From Nitrosopumilaceae archaeon (GTDB taxonomy: Archaea > Thermoproteota > Nitrososphaeria > Nitrososphaerales > Nitrosopumilaceae), in contig OZ242376.1 of assembly GCA_965209085.1 (NCBI GenBank), positions 1,184,001-1,248,000 of the forward strand: a stretch of 64,000 bases of DNA, read 5' to 3'. Both the position numbers and the translations under genes were made by a program. The notes below the pieces were generated by a model, which searched no databases, was not told the DNA's origin, and worked only from the letters and a program-made list of their open reading frames with translations. The number at the start of each line of letters is the position of its first letter. Within the stretch, counting starts at the first letter, position 1. Positions 54,986-64,000 of the stretch are shown one piece after another.

Positions 54986-55693
54986 CTAGGCAGAAGATTC
55001 GGATTTTACCACGTAAATGTAATTCATCATCACGCCGGCAATAATGCCGCCAACTATCGGAGCTGCCCAGTACATCCAGTGAAATTCCCAATATCCGGAC
55101 AACAGTGCGGGTCCAAACGTACGGGCGGGGTTTATTCCCGCATTTGTGAGCGGAATTCCAACCAAATGGGTTAAAAATACAGTACCGCCTATGGCAAGGG
55201 CTGCCATGCCAGAGGTTGCTTTTTTGTGCACAGCTGCCATAAATATGACCATAACCAAAAAGAATGTCAGCAATGCCTCTACAAGAAAACCGCTAGCTAC
55301 GCTGTTGTTTATGATATCCTGTGGACCCATATGTACACCAAAGTTTACTTTTTTACCAAGCTCTGGCAGAATTATTGCCAACGTGGTAGATGCCACAACA
55401 GCACCGGTCAATTGTGAGCCAATATATGCAATTCCATCTTTAACGCCTATTTTACGCGTTATAATCATGGGTATTGTAACTGCGGGGTTTATGTGAGCGC
55501 CAGATACGTGTCCAAATGCCAGTACCATCAGGGCAATTGTCGCCCCGTGCGTAAAAGATATGAACAAAACCGACATTGTGGTCAGACCTTCCTCAAAGTA
55601 TGCTAATGCCAGGATAATTGAGAGTGGTCCAAAGAATACTAGTGCAAACGTCGCAATAGCTTCAGCTAGCCATGCACGGGGATTTACACTCAT
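54986..55693 (-). CDS. Aquaporin (MIP family)
   Basis: SGAHINPAVT and INPART motifs; six TM helices. Confidence 0.95.
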   Translation of the reverse strand: MSVNPRAWLAEAIATFALVFFGPLSIILALAYFEEGLTTMSVLFISFTHGATIALMVLAFGHVSGAHINPAVTIPMIITRKIGVKDGIAYIGSQLTGAVVASTTLAIILPELGKKVNFGVHMGPQDIINNSVASGFLVEALLTFFLVMVIFMAAVHKKATSGMAALAIGGTVFLTHLVGIPLTNAGINPARTFGPALLSGYWEFHWMYWAAPIVGGIIAGVMMNYIYVVKSESSA

Positions 55694-55777
55694 AACGCAC
55701 GCGCATTTTTGTTGATATATAAAATGTCGTATTGATCAAAACCAAAGAAAAAAATACCCCATGATCAATTTAAAATC

Positions 55778-56239
55778 ATGCTTAAAGAGGGCGATAAGAT
55801 TCCAAGTTTTTCAATACCGGATGAGAACGGTAAGATTGTAAAATCATCAGAATTAAAAGGGAAAAATATTGTAATCTATTTTTATCCAAAAGATTTCACC
55901 CCAGGGTGCACCACCGAGGCTGATGAATTCTCCAGAGATCATGCAAAATTTACAAAGGCTAGCATACGTGTGATAGGGATTAGTCCAGACGATCCGGAAA
56001 AACACAAAAAGTTTTGCGACAAAATGGGAATAAAATATACGCTTTTAGCCGATACTGAGAAGAAAGTTTCAAAGATGTTTGGTGTGTGGGGCATGAAAAA
56101 ATTCATGGGCAAAGAATACATGGGGGTTGTAAGGAGCACATTTTTGGCCGATAAAAATGGCAAAATATTCAAAGTATTCTCAAAGGTAAAACCGGCGGGG
56201 CACTCTAAGGAAGTTTTAGAGTCCTTCAAGGACGTATAA
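55778..56239 (+). CDS. bcp: Peroxiredoxin Bcp/PrxQ
   Basis: YFYPKDFTPGCTTEA. Confidence 0.93.
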   Translation: MLKEGDKIPSFSIPDENGKIVKSSELKGKNIVIYFYPKDFTPGCTTEADEFSRDHAKFTKASIRVIGISPDDPEKHKKFCDKMGIKYTLLADTEKKVSKMFGVWGMKKFMGKEYMGVVRSTFLADKNGKIFKVFSKVKPAGHSKEVLESFKDV

Positions 56240-56428
56240 TCAGTCAGGCTCCCAAAACTGCATAATGTACATGCAATTGTTGCACCGCCATATGCGTACA
56301 TTTACCCCGTTTTCAAGGTCTGCTCTATAACCCTCATCTGACTCGTGCAAGCTTGGCACGTAATGAAGACCCGGACTTTGCATCCATTCTTTTTGTCCGC
56401 AGTTTGGACATGTGTTTTCAGGTGGCAT
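56240..56428 (-). CDS. Small zinc-ribbon protein
   Basis: CPNC...CNNC. Confidence 0.75.
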   Translation of the reverse strand: MPPENTCPNCGQKEWMQSPGLHYVPSLHESDEGYRADLENGVNVRIWRCNNCMYIMQFWEPD

Positions 56429-56508
56429 GTTTTATCATACATGATACTGTAAAAAATAGTTTGGGTATGTAATATTGCATACAGGATGTAAAAGGTAAAA
56501 ATTACGAA

Positions 56509-57462
56509 CTAAAAGCCTTTAGGAAGCGTACCCTTTGGTTTTGCAGTAGCTGCAGCTGGTGCAGGTTTGAAACCTTTGGGAAGTGAACCCTGGGTTTTTG
56601 CCTGTGCAGGTTTTGGCTCTGGAGGTTTTGATTCTACTTTTGGAGGAGGTGCTTTGAAATTTTTGGGAAGCGTGCCCTGGGTTTTTGCCTGTGCAGGTTT
56701 TGGCTCTGGAGGTTTTGATTCTACTTTTGGAGGAGGTGCTTTGAAATTTTTGGGAAGCGTGCCCTGGGTTTTTGCCTGTGCAGGTTTTGGCTCTGGAGGT
56801 TTTGATTCTACTTTTGGAGGAGGTGGTGGTGCTTGCTGTACTTGGGCAGAACTTACCGCTTTAATCCCATAACCGTTAAAAGTTTTCACAGCCGGATGGT
56901 ATGCAAGTCTTTGTTTTGTTGCAAAGTATTGATCAGACGGTGCCGTGTAACCTGTAATTGCTTTTTTCTGCAGATTCCAGTCTTTGGTTGCAGTTTTGCC
57001 AACAACGCCGTGTAGTCTTGCAAAATAACGGTTTGATGCAGGAGTATAACCTGGAGTCTTTGCCTTGTAGTCTGCCGTGCTTGTCATTGGCCAGTTTTGG
57101 TACGCGTTTTCAAGCACCTGGGCCATGTTTGCTGGAGCAGTTGTCTTTGCAGATTCAGGAGCCGGTTTTGGCGCATCGCTGGTACCTTTTGGTAAAGTGT
57201 CTTTGGGTTTTGTAGGCTCTGCGGGTTTTGGCGCATCGCCGACACCTTTTGGTAAAGTGTCTTTAGGTTTTGTAGGCTCTACGGGTTTTGGCGCATCGCC
57301 GGCACCTTTTGGTAAAGTGTCTTTAGGTTTTGGTGCATTACCTGCACCTTTGGGTTTTTGAGGCGCTGTTTGACTGGCTACGGATTCTGTAAGTTTTTGG
57401 AGTTTTTTCTCAAGAAGGGAAATCTTGGCCTCTAGATCTTTTTTGGTAGTTCTTGCTGCCAT
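56509..57462 (-). CDS. Pro/Lys-rich repeat protein with N-terminal coiled coil
   Basis: GTLPKG motifs, tandem 29-aa and 20-aa repeats, central GYTxxSxxYFA duplication. Confidence 0.85.
   Translation of the reverse strand: MAARTTKKDLEAKISLLEKKLQKLTESVASQTAPQKPKGAGNAPKPKDTLPKGAGDAPKPVEPTKPKDTLPKGVGDAPKPAEPTKPKDTLPKGTSDAPKPAPESAKTTAPANMAQVLENAYQNWPMTSTADYKAKTPGYTPASNRYFARLHGVVGKTATKDWNLQKKAITGYTAPSDQYFATKQRLAYHPAVKTFNGYGIKAVSSAQVQQAPPPPPKVESKPPEPKPAQAKTQGTLPKNFKAPPPKVESKPPEPKPAQAKTQGTLPKNFKAPPPKVESKPPEPKPAQAKTQGSLPKGFKPAPAAATAKPKGTLPKGF
56570..56825. repeat. 87-bp coding tandem repeat x3
   Basis: PPPKVESKPPEPKPAQAKTQGTLPKNFKA units. Confidence 0.9.
57164..57335. repeat. 60-bp coding tandem repeat x3
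   Basis: PKDTLPKGxxDAPKPxEPTK units. Confidence 0.88.
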
Positions 57463-57537
57463 GAACTGTATGTAAAAACGTAGGTTATATAGTTTAACGC
57501 AAGATGTGCAGATTACAGGGATTATCTTTATAAGATA

Positions 57538-57930
57538 ATGGGATCAATTACAAACATGGACGATTTTGAACGCGATTATCCCGGATTTGACTGGAAAAAT
57601 ATTCCAGCATACAAGCATCCGGGAGGCAAGGACTGTCCGTGCCCCAAACACGAGTATGTCCGCGAGCAGATAAAATTCACAAAACAGGTGCACGATTCTG
57701 GAGGAAAGTCAGCTGCAGTGACGCTAAAATTTTGTCCGGATCACCACAGAGTCTATTTGAACGAGGTGGTTCCATCCATGCCACTAAAATACCGCATTAT
57801 GACAAAAATTGCTCTAAAGATAGGGGCGATACGCATTGAACTTTTGGATCATATGAAATCGGATTTGTGTTTTTACTGCAAATACGGTTCTGGCGGATAC
57901 GGGAAAAAGAACGAGTTGCCTCCGATTTAA
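57538..57930 (+). CDS. Cys/His-rich hypothetical protein
   Basis: CPCPKH, CPDH and CFYC; core-region composition. Confidence 0.75.
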   Translation: MGSITNMDDFERDYPGFDWKNIPAYKHPGGKDCPCPKHEYVREQIKFTKQVHDSGGKSAAVTLKFCPDHHRVYLNEVVPSMPLKYRIMTKIALKIGAIRIELLDHMKSDLCFYCKYGSGGYGKKNELPPI

Positions 57931-58184
57931 ACGGGTCTGGCTACAATCTTTACCTTGTTTGGCGTATCATGATGGCATTTTTTACTGCATACGGGACACG
58001 TCTTTCGGTCCAATAAAATGCACTGGCACGTATGCGAAGCAAGAAAAGCTTCGGCAGCCTTTGTATGCTCGCCGGTACCGTTGCAAAACTGGCACGGGGT
58101 GTCAAGCAGTTCTATATGGCCAATACCTTTGCATACGGGACAATGTGACAATATAATGCAGACATTCTGCCGTGTAAAAAACAT
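57927..58184 (-). CDS. Small DnaJ-like zinc-finger protein (start likely downstream)
   Basis: CPVCKGIG, CQFCNGTG and CPVC. Confidence 0.7.
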   Translation of the reverse strand: MFFTRQNVCIILSHCPVCKGIGHIELLDTPCQFCNGTGEHTKAAEAFLASHTCQCILLDRKTCPVCSKKCHHDTPNKVKIVARPV

Positions 58185-58234
58185 TCAGGGGGGTTTTAGA
58201 TAGAATTATACGGAAAACTTGCGCAATACATTTC

Positions 58235-59668
58235 ATGCCCATAGAGGATGTCGACGAGCTAGTAGAGGCTTTGGAGAATGCCGGTAAGCTAAAACGCATA
58301 AAGGCACAGGTGGACACGGATTTGGAGATTGCGGAAATTTTACGCCGCATCATGTATGCAAAGGGACCGGCAGTATTGTTTGAAAATGTCAAAGGGTATG
58401 ATATGCCAGTTCTTGGTAATGCGTTTGGTTCTGAGAAAATGCTGCAAATCGGTCTTGGCATGGAGGATTTTACAGAAATTGGATCAAGAATAGTTGAGAT
58501 GACCCGGATGGAAATGCCATCAAGCACTCTTGGGAAAATTAGAAAACTGCCAGAGCTCTCAAAGATGGGCGGCGCATTTCCAAAGCTTGGAAAAAACGGT
58601 CCAGTCACTGCCGTTATAGAGAGTAATCCGTCATTTTCAAAAATACCCATACTGAAAAGCTGGCCAAATGATGCGGGTAAATTTATCACCCTAGGTCTTG
58701 TTGCAACAAAACATCCAGAGACAATGATTAGAAATTTGGGCGTATACCGCATACAGATACTAGATGGAACGCACGCCCTAATGCACTGGCAAAAACACAA
58801 ACGCGGAGCAGCGCATGCACAGATGAACAAAGGTAAGACAGAGGTTGCAATTATCATAGGTGCTGACCCAGCTACAGTCTTTTCTGCAATCGCGCCAGTA
58901 CCTGAGGGTCTTGACAAGTATTTGTTTGCAGGAATTACAAGAAAATCCGGGATAAAGACTGTAAAATGTAAAACCATTGATTTGGATGTTCCTGCAAATG
59001 CTGAAATTATTCTTGAAGGATATGTGGATTCAAAGGATACGCGCCCCGAAGGACCGTTTGGAGATCATACAGGATACTATACTCCAGTAGAGCCGTATCC
59101 TGTCTTTACCCTTACGGGTATGATGAGGAGGGAAAACCCGACATATCTTACAACAGTTGTAGGAAAACCAATACTAGAGGATGCATACATTGGTAAAGTA
59201 ATAGAGCGCTCATTTTTGCCCCTACTGCAGATGCTCCAGCCGGAAATTACTGACTTTGCAATGCCTCCTGCAGGATGGTTTCAGGGATTGGCAATAGTTG
59301 CAATCCGTAAAAAATATCCCGGGCAGGCCAAAAAGGTAATGATGGGAATGTGGGGAACAGGCCAGCTTGCTTTAACAAAGACTATCATCGTGGTTGATGA
59401 GGATATAGATGTTCATGACATGGATGATGTAATCTGGGCCATGAGTACAAGGGCAGATGCTGCAAGGGATACTGTAATTATAGATGGAACCCCAACTGAC
59501 ACGTTGGATCCGGCATCACCGAGGGTAAACCACGGCTCAAAGATGGGCATAGATGCAACGCAGAAAACCGCAGAAGAGGGGTATGAAAGAGAGGTGCAGG
59601 TTCTCGTAAGTGCAGATAAGGAGACTGTAAAACTTGTCAGCGGGCGCTGGTCTGAATACGGATTTTAG
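58235..59668 (+). CDS. ubiD: UbiD-family (menaquinone biosynthesis) decarboxylase
   Basis: RNLGVYR, EGPFGDHTGYY and LDPAS...KMGIDAT. Confidence 0.93.
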   Translation: MPIEDVDELVEALENAGKLKRIKAQVDTDLEIAEILRRIMYAKGPAVLFENVKGYDMPVLGNAFGSEKMLQIGLGMEDFTEIGSRIVEMTRMEMPSSTLGKIRKLPELSKMGGAFPKLGKNGPVTAVIESNPSFSKIPILKSWPNDAGKFITLGLVATKHPETMIRNLGVYRIQILDGTHALMHWQKHKRGAAHAQMNKGKTEVAIIIGADPATVFSAIAPVPEGLDKYLFAGITRKSGIKTVKCKTIDLDVPANAEIILEGYVDSKDTRPEGPFGDHTGYYTPVEPYPVFTLTGMMRRENPTYLTTVVGKPILEDAYIGKVIERSFLPLLQMLQPEITDFAMPPAGWFQGLAIVAIRKKYPGQAKKVMMGMWGTGQLALTKTIIVVDEDIDVHDMDDVIWAMSTRADAARDTVIIDGTPTDTLDPASPRVNHGSKMGIDATQKTAEEGYEREVQVLVSADKETVKLVSGRWSEYGF

Positions 59669-60831
59669 CGCGTACGTATTGTTTTGTAGAAATTATCGCG
59701 CTCTAAAACAGAATATCCCATTTTATGTATGGAATCAACTATGCGTTTGTCAGTTAGTTCAGTTGAGCGCGAGCCCGTGCACGATACCACCTCTTCGCCT
59801 ATGAGCGTGCCGCCAAAGTCATTTGCTCCATGCTGCAAGGCAATCTGCGCCATACCCACCCCGTTTGTAAGCCACGAGGATTGGATATGCGCTATCTGGC
59901 CGTAAAAATACAGCCGGGATATTGCAATCATGCGCAGCAGTTTTAATCCGCCAATCCCATAGTTTGCTCCGGGGTCATCTTGCATCTCTGTGTTGTTTGG
60001 CTCAAAGCTCCACGGGATAAACGCCATAAATCCGCCGGTTTTCTCCTGCAGTGATGATACTAGCTCAAAATGGGTTGCAATATCTGAATCAGATTCCACA
60101 TGTCCGTACATCATTGTAGCTGATGAGGGAAGTCCCACCTCGTGAGCTTCGCGCATTATTCGCAGCCAGTCAGCGCTTTTGATTTTTTTCGGGCTGATTA
60201 TATTTTTTACAGAATCCACCAATATCTCAGCGCCAGCTCCTGGTACAGACTGCAATCCGGCATCCTTTAATCGTGAGAGGACTTCTTTTGTCGAGGATTT
60301 TTCCACCTTTGATATAATGTCCAGCTCTGATGCTGAAAGTCCGTGTATTCCAATCAGCGGATATTTTGAGCGCATCATTTTGAATGCATCCTCGTAATAT
60401 TCTATCGGAAGATCCGCGTTGTGTCCCCCCTGTATGAGTACCTGCCGTATGCCAAACATGTCCCATGCCGTTTTAATCCGGGATTCTATCTGCTCTAGTG
60501 TCAGAGTGTACGCCTCATCGTGTCCCGGAGGCCGGTAAAACGCGCAAAATTTACAGTCAGTTATGCAGACGTTTGTGTAATTTAAAATAATATTATTTAC
60601 AAAAGAGACAGTTTTTCCGTAGAGTTTTTGCGTCAAGTGTCCGGCAACCATCCCCATCAGATGCACGTCAGGGGAGCGCAGCATTCGAATACAGTCGTCT
60701 TTTTCAAGCTTTGTTCCAGATAGGGATTTCTCCAAAATATCTCCAATATCACTTTCCGAGATGCTCTGTTGAACCTGGGCCAATACTTGCAAATTGTTTG
60801 TTTGGTTAATAACCTTTGAGTTTGAGTGCAT
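59665..60831 (-). CDS. mqnC: Radical SAM CofH/MqnC family (cyclic dehypoxanthine futalosine synthase)
   Basis: NYTNVCITDCKFC, QGG, PGAGAEIL and GANDFGGT; next to ubiD. Confidence 0.8.
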   Translation of the reverse strand: MHSNSKVINQTNNLQVLAQVQQSISESDIGDILEKSLSGTKLEKDDCIRMLRSPDVHLMGMVAGHLTQKLYGKTVSFVNNIILNYTNVCITDCKFCAFYRPPGHDEAYTLTLEQIESRIKTAWDMFGIRQVLIQGGHNADLPIEYYEDAFKMMRSKYPLIGIHGLSASELDIISKVEKSSTKEVLSRLKDAGLQSVPGAGAEILVDSVKNIISPKKIKSADWLRIMREAHEVGLPSSATMMYGHVESDSDIATHFELVSSLQEKTGGFMAFIPWSFEPNNTEMQDDPGANYGIGGLKLLRMIAISRLYFYGQIAHIQSSWLTNGVGMAQIALQHGANDFGGTLIGEEVVSCTGSRSTELTDKRIVDSIHKMGYSVLERDNFYKTIRTR

Positions 60832-61393
60832 TTTGGTGAGTTCAATCTCTAGTCGTTATACTGTTTTATTCATAATGAAATTTGATGTGGTGCTGTCAAG
60901 ACCCGGGTCTGGTTATGAAATATGGATCTTTATTTGATTCAATTCTCTAAAATTATTCAAGGCTATAGTAGTTTAATACACATTTGATATTATTGGCATA
61001 TGGATGGATCAACTGAAAAAATGGATTTAATGCGAAAAGCTGTAAGTTTACATCAGGATATAAAGAGTATTTTGAATGGCAATACATCATCTCATATAGA
61101 ATTGCCAAAAAAGAATGACGGTAAAGGAGCTATCGGATTTACACGCTATGCAAATTTGCATTTTGTATCAAAGTTTTCCATTTGTTTAGTTAAACAGCTT
61201 TAATTTTTGAGGATTCTGTGGATGTTTTTTCATCAAAACCTAGGTGTTCTGTTTCTGAATAGAATACGCATTGGGGCAATTTAGCGGGTGCAGGTGTGGA
61301 TGAATTTGATTTTATGCTCCTACAATCGCTTTTACGATATGGGGGATCAGTGTATTTACATACAAGACCACGATGAATGAAAAAATAATTTTT

Positions 61394-61780
61394 TTATTCA
61401 GAATTAAAAAACATGGGATGAAAATTGATATGTTTGAGTCTAATTTCTTTGAGTTTTTTACATCCAGCTTTACTCATATGTTCACAAGAAGTTTTTAAAT
61501 TTCCATTGGAATCCAACTCTTTGCTTCTATAACACCCTCTTTTCTCTTTCTGTGCATCATCACAGTTTACACATATTTTTTTTCGGTATTCTTCCCCATG
61601 TATTTCAAACAATCGAATTATGTTTTCTCCATTTTCATGCCAATCGATAAGTCTATTTTGATAAATTTCTTGTAATGGGTTATTTTTGACATCGATGAAA
61701 TTCAAAGATGCTTTTTCCATATTTTGTGCCAATTTAAATTTAGCTAAAAATGTTTCTATTGTATAAATTAGATACGGCAA
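61394..61780 (-). CDS. Hypothetical Cys-containing protein in an AT-rich islet
   Basis: 128-aa ORF with CVNC..C..CEH..C. Confidence 0.5.
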   Translation of the reverse strand: MPYLIYTIETFLAKFKLAQNMEKASLNFIDVKNNPLQEIYQNRLIDWHENGENIIRLFEIHGEEYRKKICVNCDDAQKEKRGCYRSKELDSNGNLKTSCEHMSKAGCKKLKEIRLKHINFHPMFFNSE

Positions 61781-61831
61781 TCAATTTTGGCGATTATAAA
61801 TTTAATTCTCCCAACCATTATTAATCAATAA

Positions 61832-62050
61832 TTGAAAAAAACGCTCAACATATTCAAATTTGCAGAAATCATTCAAAGCAAGTCAAATGCGCTACAGTTT
61901 CTGTATGACACATTTGGGAAAAAGAAAACAATCCTCTGCCTGCATTACCGCTGCAAGGATTACTATACAATGTCCATATGGTTGAGTTCATGTATAAAAT
62001 TCGTGGTGTGGGATCAAATGACAATTGTAAAAGTGTTGCAAAATCACTAA
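61832..62050 (+). pseudogene. IS1595-like N-terminal zinc-ribbon remnant
   Basis: ALQFL...ILCLHYRCKDYY resembles the IS1595 N-terminus; degenerate. Confidence 0.4.
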
Positions 62051-62307
62051 AAAATATTTTGGTCATACGTTAAAAAATGAACAGGGTAATTTTTATGAAT
62101 ACACAGATACTACGAATATATTTACACATTCTAATGCAAATAAACTTGCACATAAAATAGAAGAAGCGTATCCAGGCATGATCGAATCTAGCACATATAG
62201 TCCAACATTAACCAATTTGATTGTGCCCATAATGAGCAATGCAAAGATCATAATTTGTACAAATCTTATGCACACTATTATTAAGAGGGTTTAGGGTACT
62301 GATTTTC

Positions 62308-63090
62308 ATGGTAAGCGGTCTTGAAATACGCATGAATCGCATTATGAACCAGGGACGTATGCTGTGCATACCCATGGATCATGGAATATCAGACGGTCCA
62401 ATACCCGGTCTTGAGGATCCGCACGGGGCAATAGCAAAGTGTGCAAATCATGGACTAACCAGCGTCATAGTAAACAAGGGAATTTTAAAATCAATGCCAA
62501 AGCCTACAAGGATTGGAATTTTAGTGCATTTCTCATCTAGTACATCACTCTCATCGCAGCCAAACCGCAAGGTTTTGACCGGAACAGTTGAGGAGGCCCT
62601 AAGACTTGGAGCGGACGGCGTTTCACTTCACATCAATATAGGCGGCAGCGACGATGCTGAAATGTTATCACAGCTTGGAGAGATATCAGATGAATGCCAC
62701 ATGTGGAACATGCCACTTTTGGCAATGATGTACCCGCGCGGCGAGAATGTCAAAAATCCGCACGATCCGGAAATAGTAGCTCATGTGGCAAGAATTGGCG
62801 CAGAATGCGGGGCAGATATTGTAAAAACAGTATACACGGGGGATGTTGAATCATTTTCAAAGATTGTAAAGAGTACTCCGGCGCCCATTGTGGTTGCAGG
62901 CGGCCCAAAAACCAAAACCGACGAGGATCTCTTAAAGATGACACATGATGTAATGCAGGCAGGTGCCAAAGGCGTCACATATGGCAGAAATATTTTTGCA
63001 CACAAAAATCCCGCGGCAATATCCAGCGCCCTATCTGATATAATATTCAGAAACTGTACCGTAAATGATGCTAAAAAACGGCTGAAATAA
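62308..63090 (+). CDS. aroA': 2-amino-3,7-dideoxy-D-threo-hept-6-ulosonate synthase
   Basis: PMDHG, LAMMYPRG, GADIVKT, AGGPK and GRNIF; followed by DHQ synthase II. Confidence 0.92.
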   Translation: MVSGLEIRMNRIMNQGRMLCIPMDHGISDGPIPGLEDPHGAIAKCANHGLTSVIVNKGILKSMPKPTRIGILVHFSSSTSLSSQPNRKVLTGTVEEALRLGADGVSLHINIGGSDDAEMLSQLGEISDECHMWNMPLLAMMYPRGENVKNPHDPEIVAHVARIGAECGADIVKTVYTGDVESFSKIVKSTPAPIVVAGGPKTKTDEDLLKMTHDVMQAGAKGVTYGRNIFAHKNPAAISSALSDIIFRNCTVNDAKKRLK

Positions 63091-63091
63091 A

Positions 63092-64000
63092 ATGAAAGAG
63101 CTCATCGTGGCACCAAAGGTGGCAAAATCAAAAATAGACGCATTCCTAACCCGGATAAAACAAGAGGGAATAAAGACAGTGTATGCTGACCCCAAAGACA
63201 TTACAGGCTCGAAAATGGACGCACTGTGGACCTCAAAGCAGGCAAAATATGTAATCGCCAAAAAAGATGCGCCAAAATACAGGGGCAAAAAAACAGGCAG
63301 GCGTTTTCAGGTAAGAACAAATGAGGATATAGAGGATATTTTACTCCAGTCAAAAAAAGGACTTGATTTTGTCATTATAGAGGTAAAAGACTGGAAAATA
63401 ATACCCCTAGAGAACATTATTGCAAAACTCCACAGGCTGCATACTAGGATATTTGCCATTGCAAAAAATCCAGCAGAGGTGAGAAAAATGTTTTCAATAC
63501 TTGACGTGGGAGTTGACGGGGTCATATTTGCAGCATCCTCTGTATCGCAGGTGAGAGAAGCCTTGTTGTACATGGGGACTAGGAGCTTTGAGATGCAAAA
63601 GGCCACAATAACTGAGATAAAGGAAGTTGGGGATGGTGAGCGCGTCTGCGTTGATACTGCATCCATGCTGCACAGAGGAGAGGGAATGCTGATAGGAAGC
63701 AGATCAAATTTCATGTTTTTGGTTCATAATGAATCAGTTGGATCATCTTTTACATCCCCAAGGCCCTTTCGCGTAAACGCCGGTGCCGTGCACTGTTATA
63801 CGCTTGGAGTTGATGGTACGACAAAATATCTCTCCGAAGTTGAAACCGGTACAGAGGTGTTGGTGGTTGACTCAAAAGGTAAGGCAAGGCGTGCAACAGT
63901 TGGAAGATCAAAGATAGAGAGGCGCCCAATGCTCATGATAAAGGCAAAGGTGGGTTCAGAAATTGGCGGAATAATAGCACAGGATGCAGAGACGATACGC
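63092..64000 (+). CDS. aroB': 3-dehydroquinate synthase II, partial (runs off window)
   Basis: Read manually: DWKIIPLENIIA, GDGERVCVDT, RPFRVNAGAVH, KIERRPM and QDAETIR. Confidence 0.92.
   Translation, partial: MKELIVAPKVAKSKIDAFLTRIKQEGIKTVYADPKDITGSKMDALWTSKQAKYVIAKKDAPKYRGKKTGRRFQVRTNEDIEDILLQSKKGLDFVIIEVKDWKIIPLENIIAKLHRLHTRIFAIAKNPAEVRKMFSILDVGVDGVIFAASSVSQVREALLYMGTRSFEMQKATITEIKEVGDGERVCVDTASMLHRGEGMLIGSRSNFMFLVHNESVGSSFTSPRPFRVNAGAVHCYTLGVDGTTKYLSEVETGTEVLVVDSKGKARRATVGRSKIERRPMLMIKAKVGSEIGGIIAQDAETIR

Noticed and set aside
56570-57335. CRISPR array
   Set aside because: Contiguous coding repeats with no unique spacers; no cas genes recognised in the window.

Overview
This is an archaeal chromosome segment, most likely Nitrososphaerota/Thaumarchaeota (Nitrosopumilaceae-like), judged from the IPSWIKNNAKWW domain, aroA'/aroB', mqnC/ubiD and small conserved genes. 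It is very rich in IS elements. Most of the window (~2955-54894) is one integrated element: a tyrosine integrase sits beside tRNA-Arg(CCG), and the tRNA 3' end is duplicated about 52 kb away at 2955. No replication, conjugation or virion genes were recognised. The cargo is a defence island. It carries an Ssp/BREX-4-like DNA sulfur-modification core (cysteine desulfurase, DUF4007, large P-loop ATPase, PAPS reductase) with unusual partners (PLD nuclease, SF2 helicase plus MORC/GHKL ATPase, a second disrupted SF2 helicase, a degenerate DUF262-DUF1524 protein, HNH). It also has a three-gene SF1 helicase/wHTH/double-HKD PLD operon, SIR2-like and HEPN-like genes, a YwbE-Schlafen fusion, a degenerate NurA paralog and a 2865-aa secreted metalloprotease/Ig-repeat protein. 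Many IS5, IS3, IS630, IS1595 and IS66 copies and MITEs interrupt it. Housekeeping genes resume at ~54986. Family assignments come from motif recognition only; no database searches were run.
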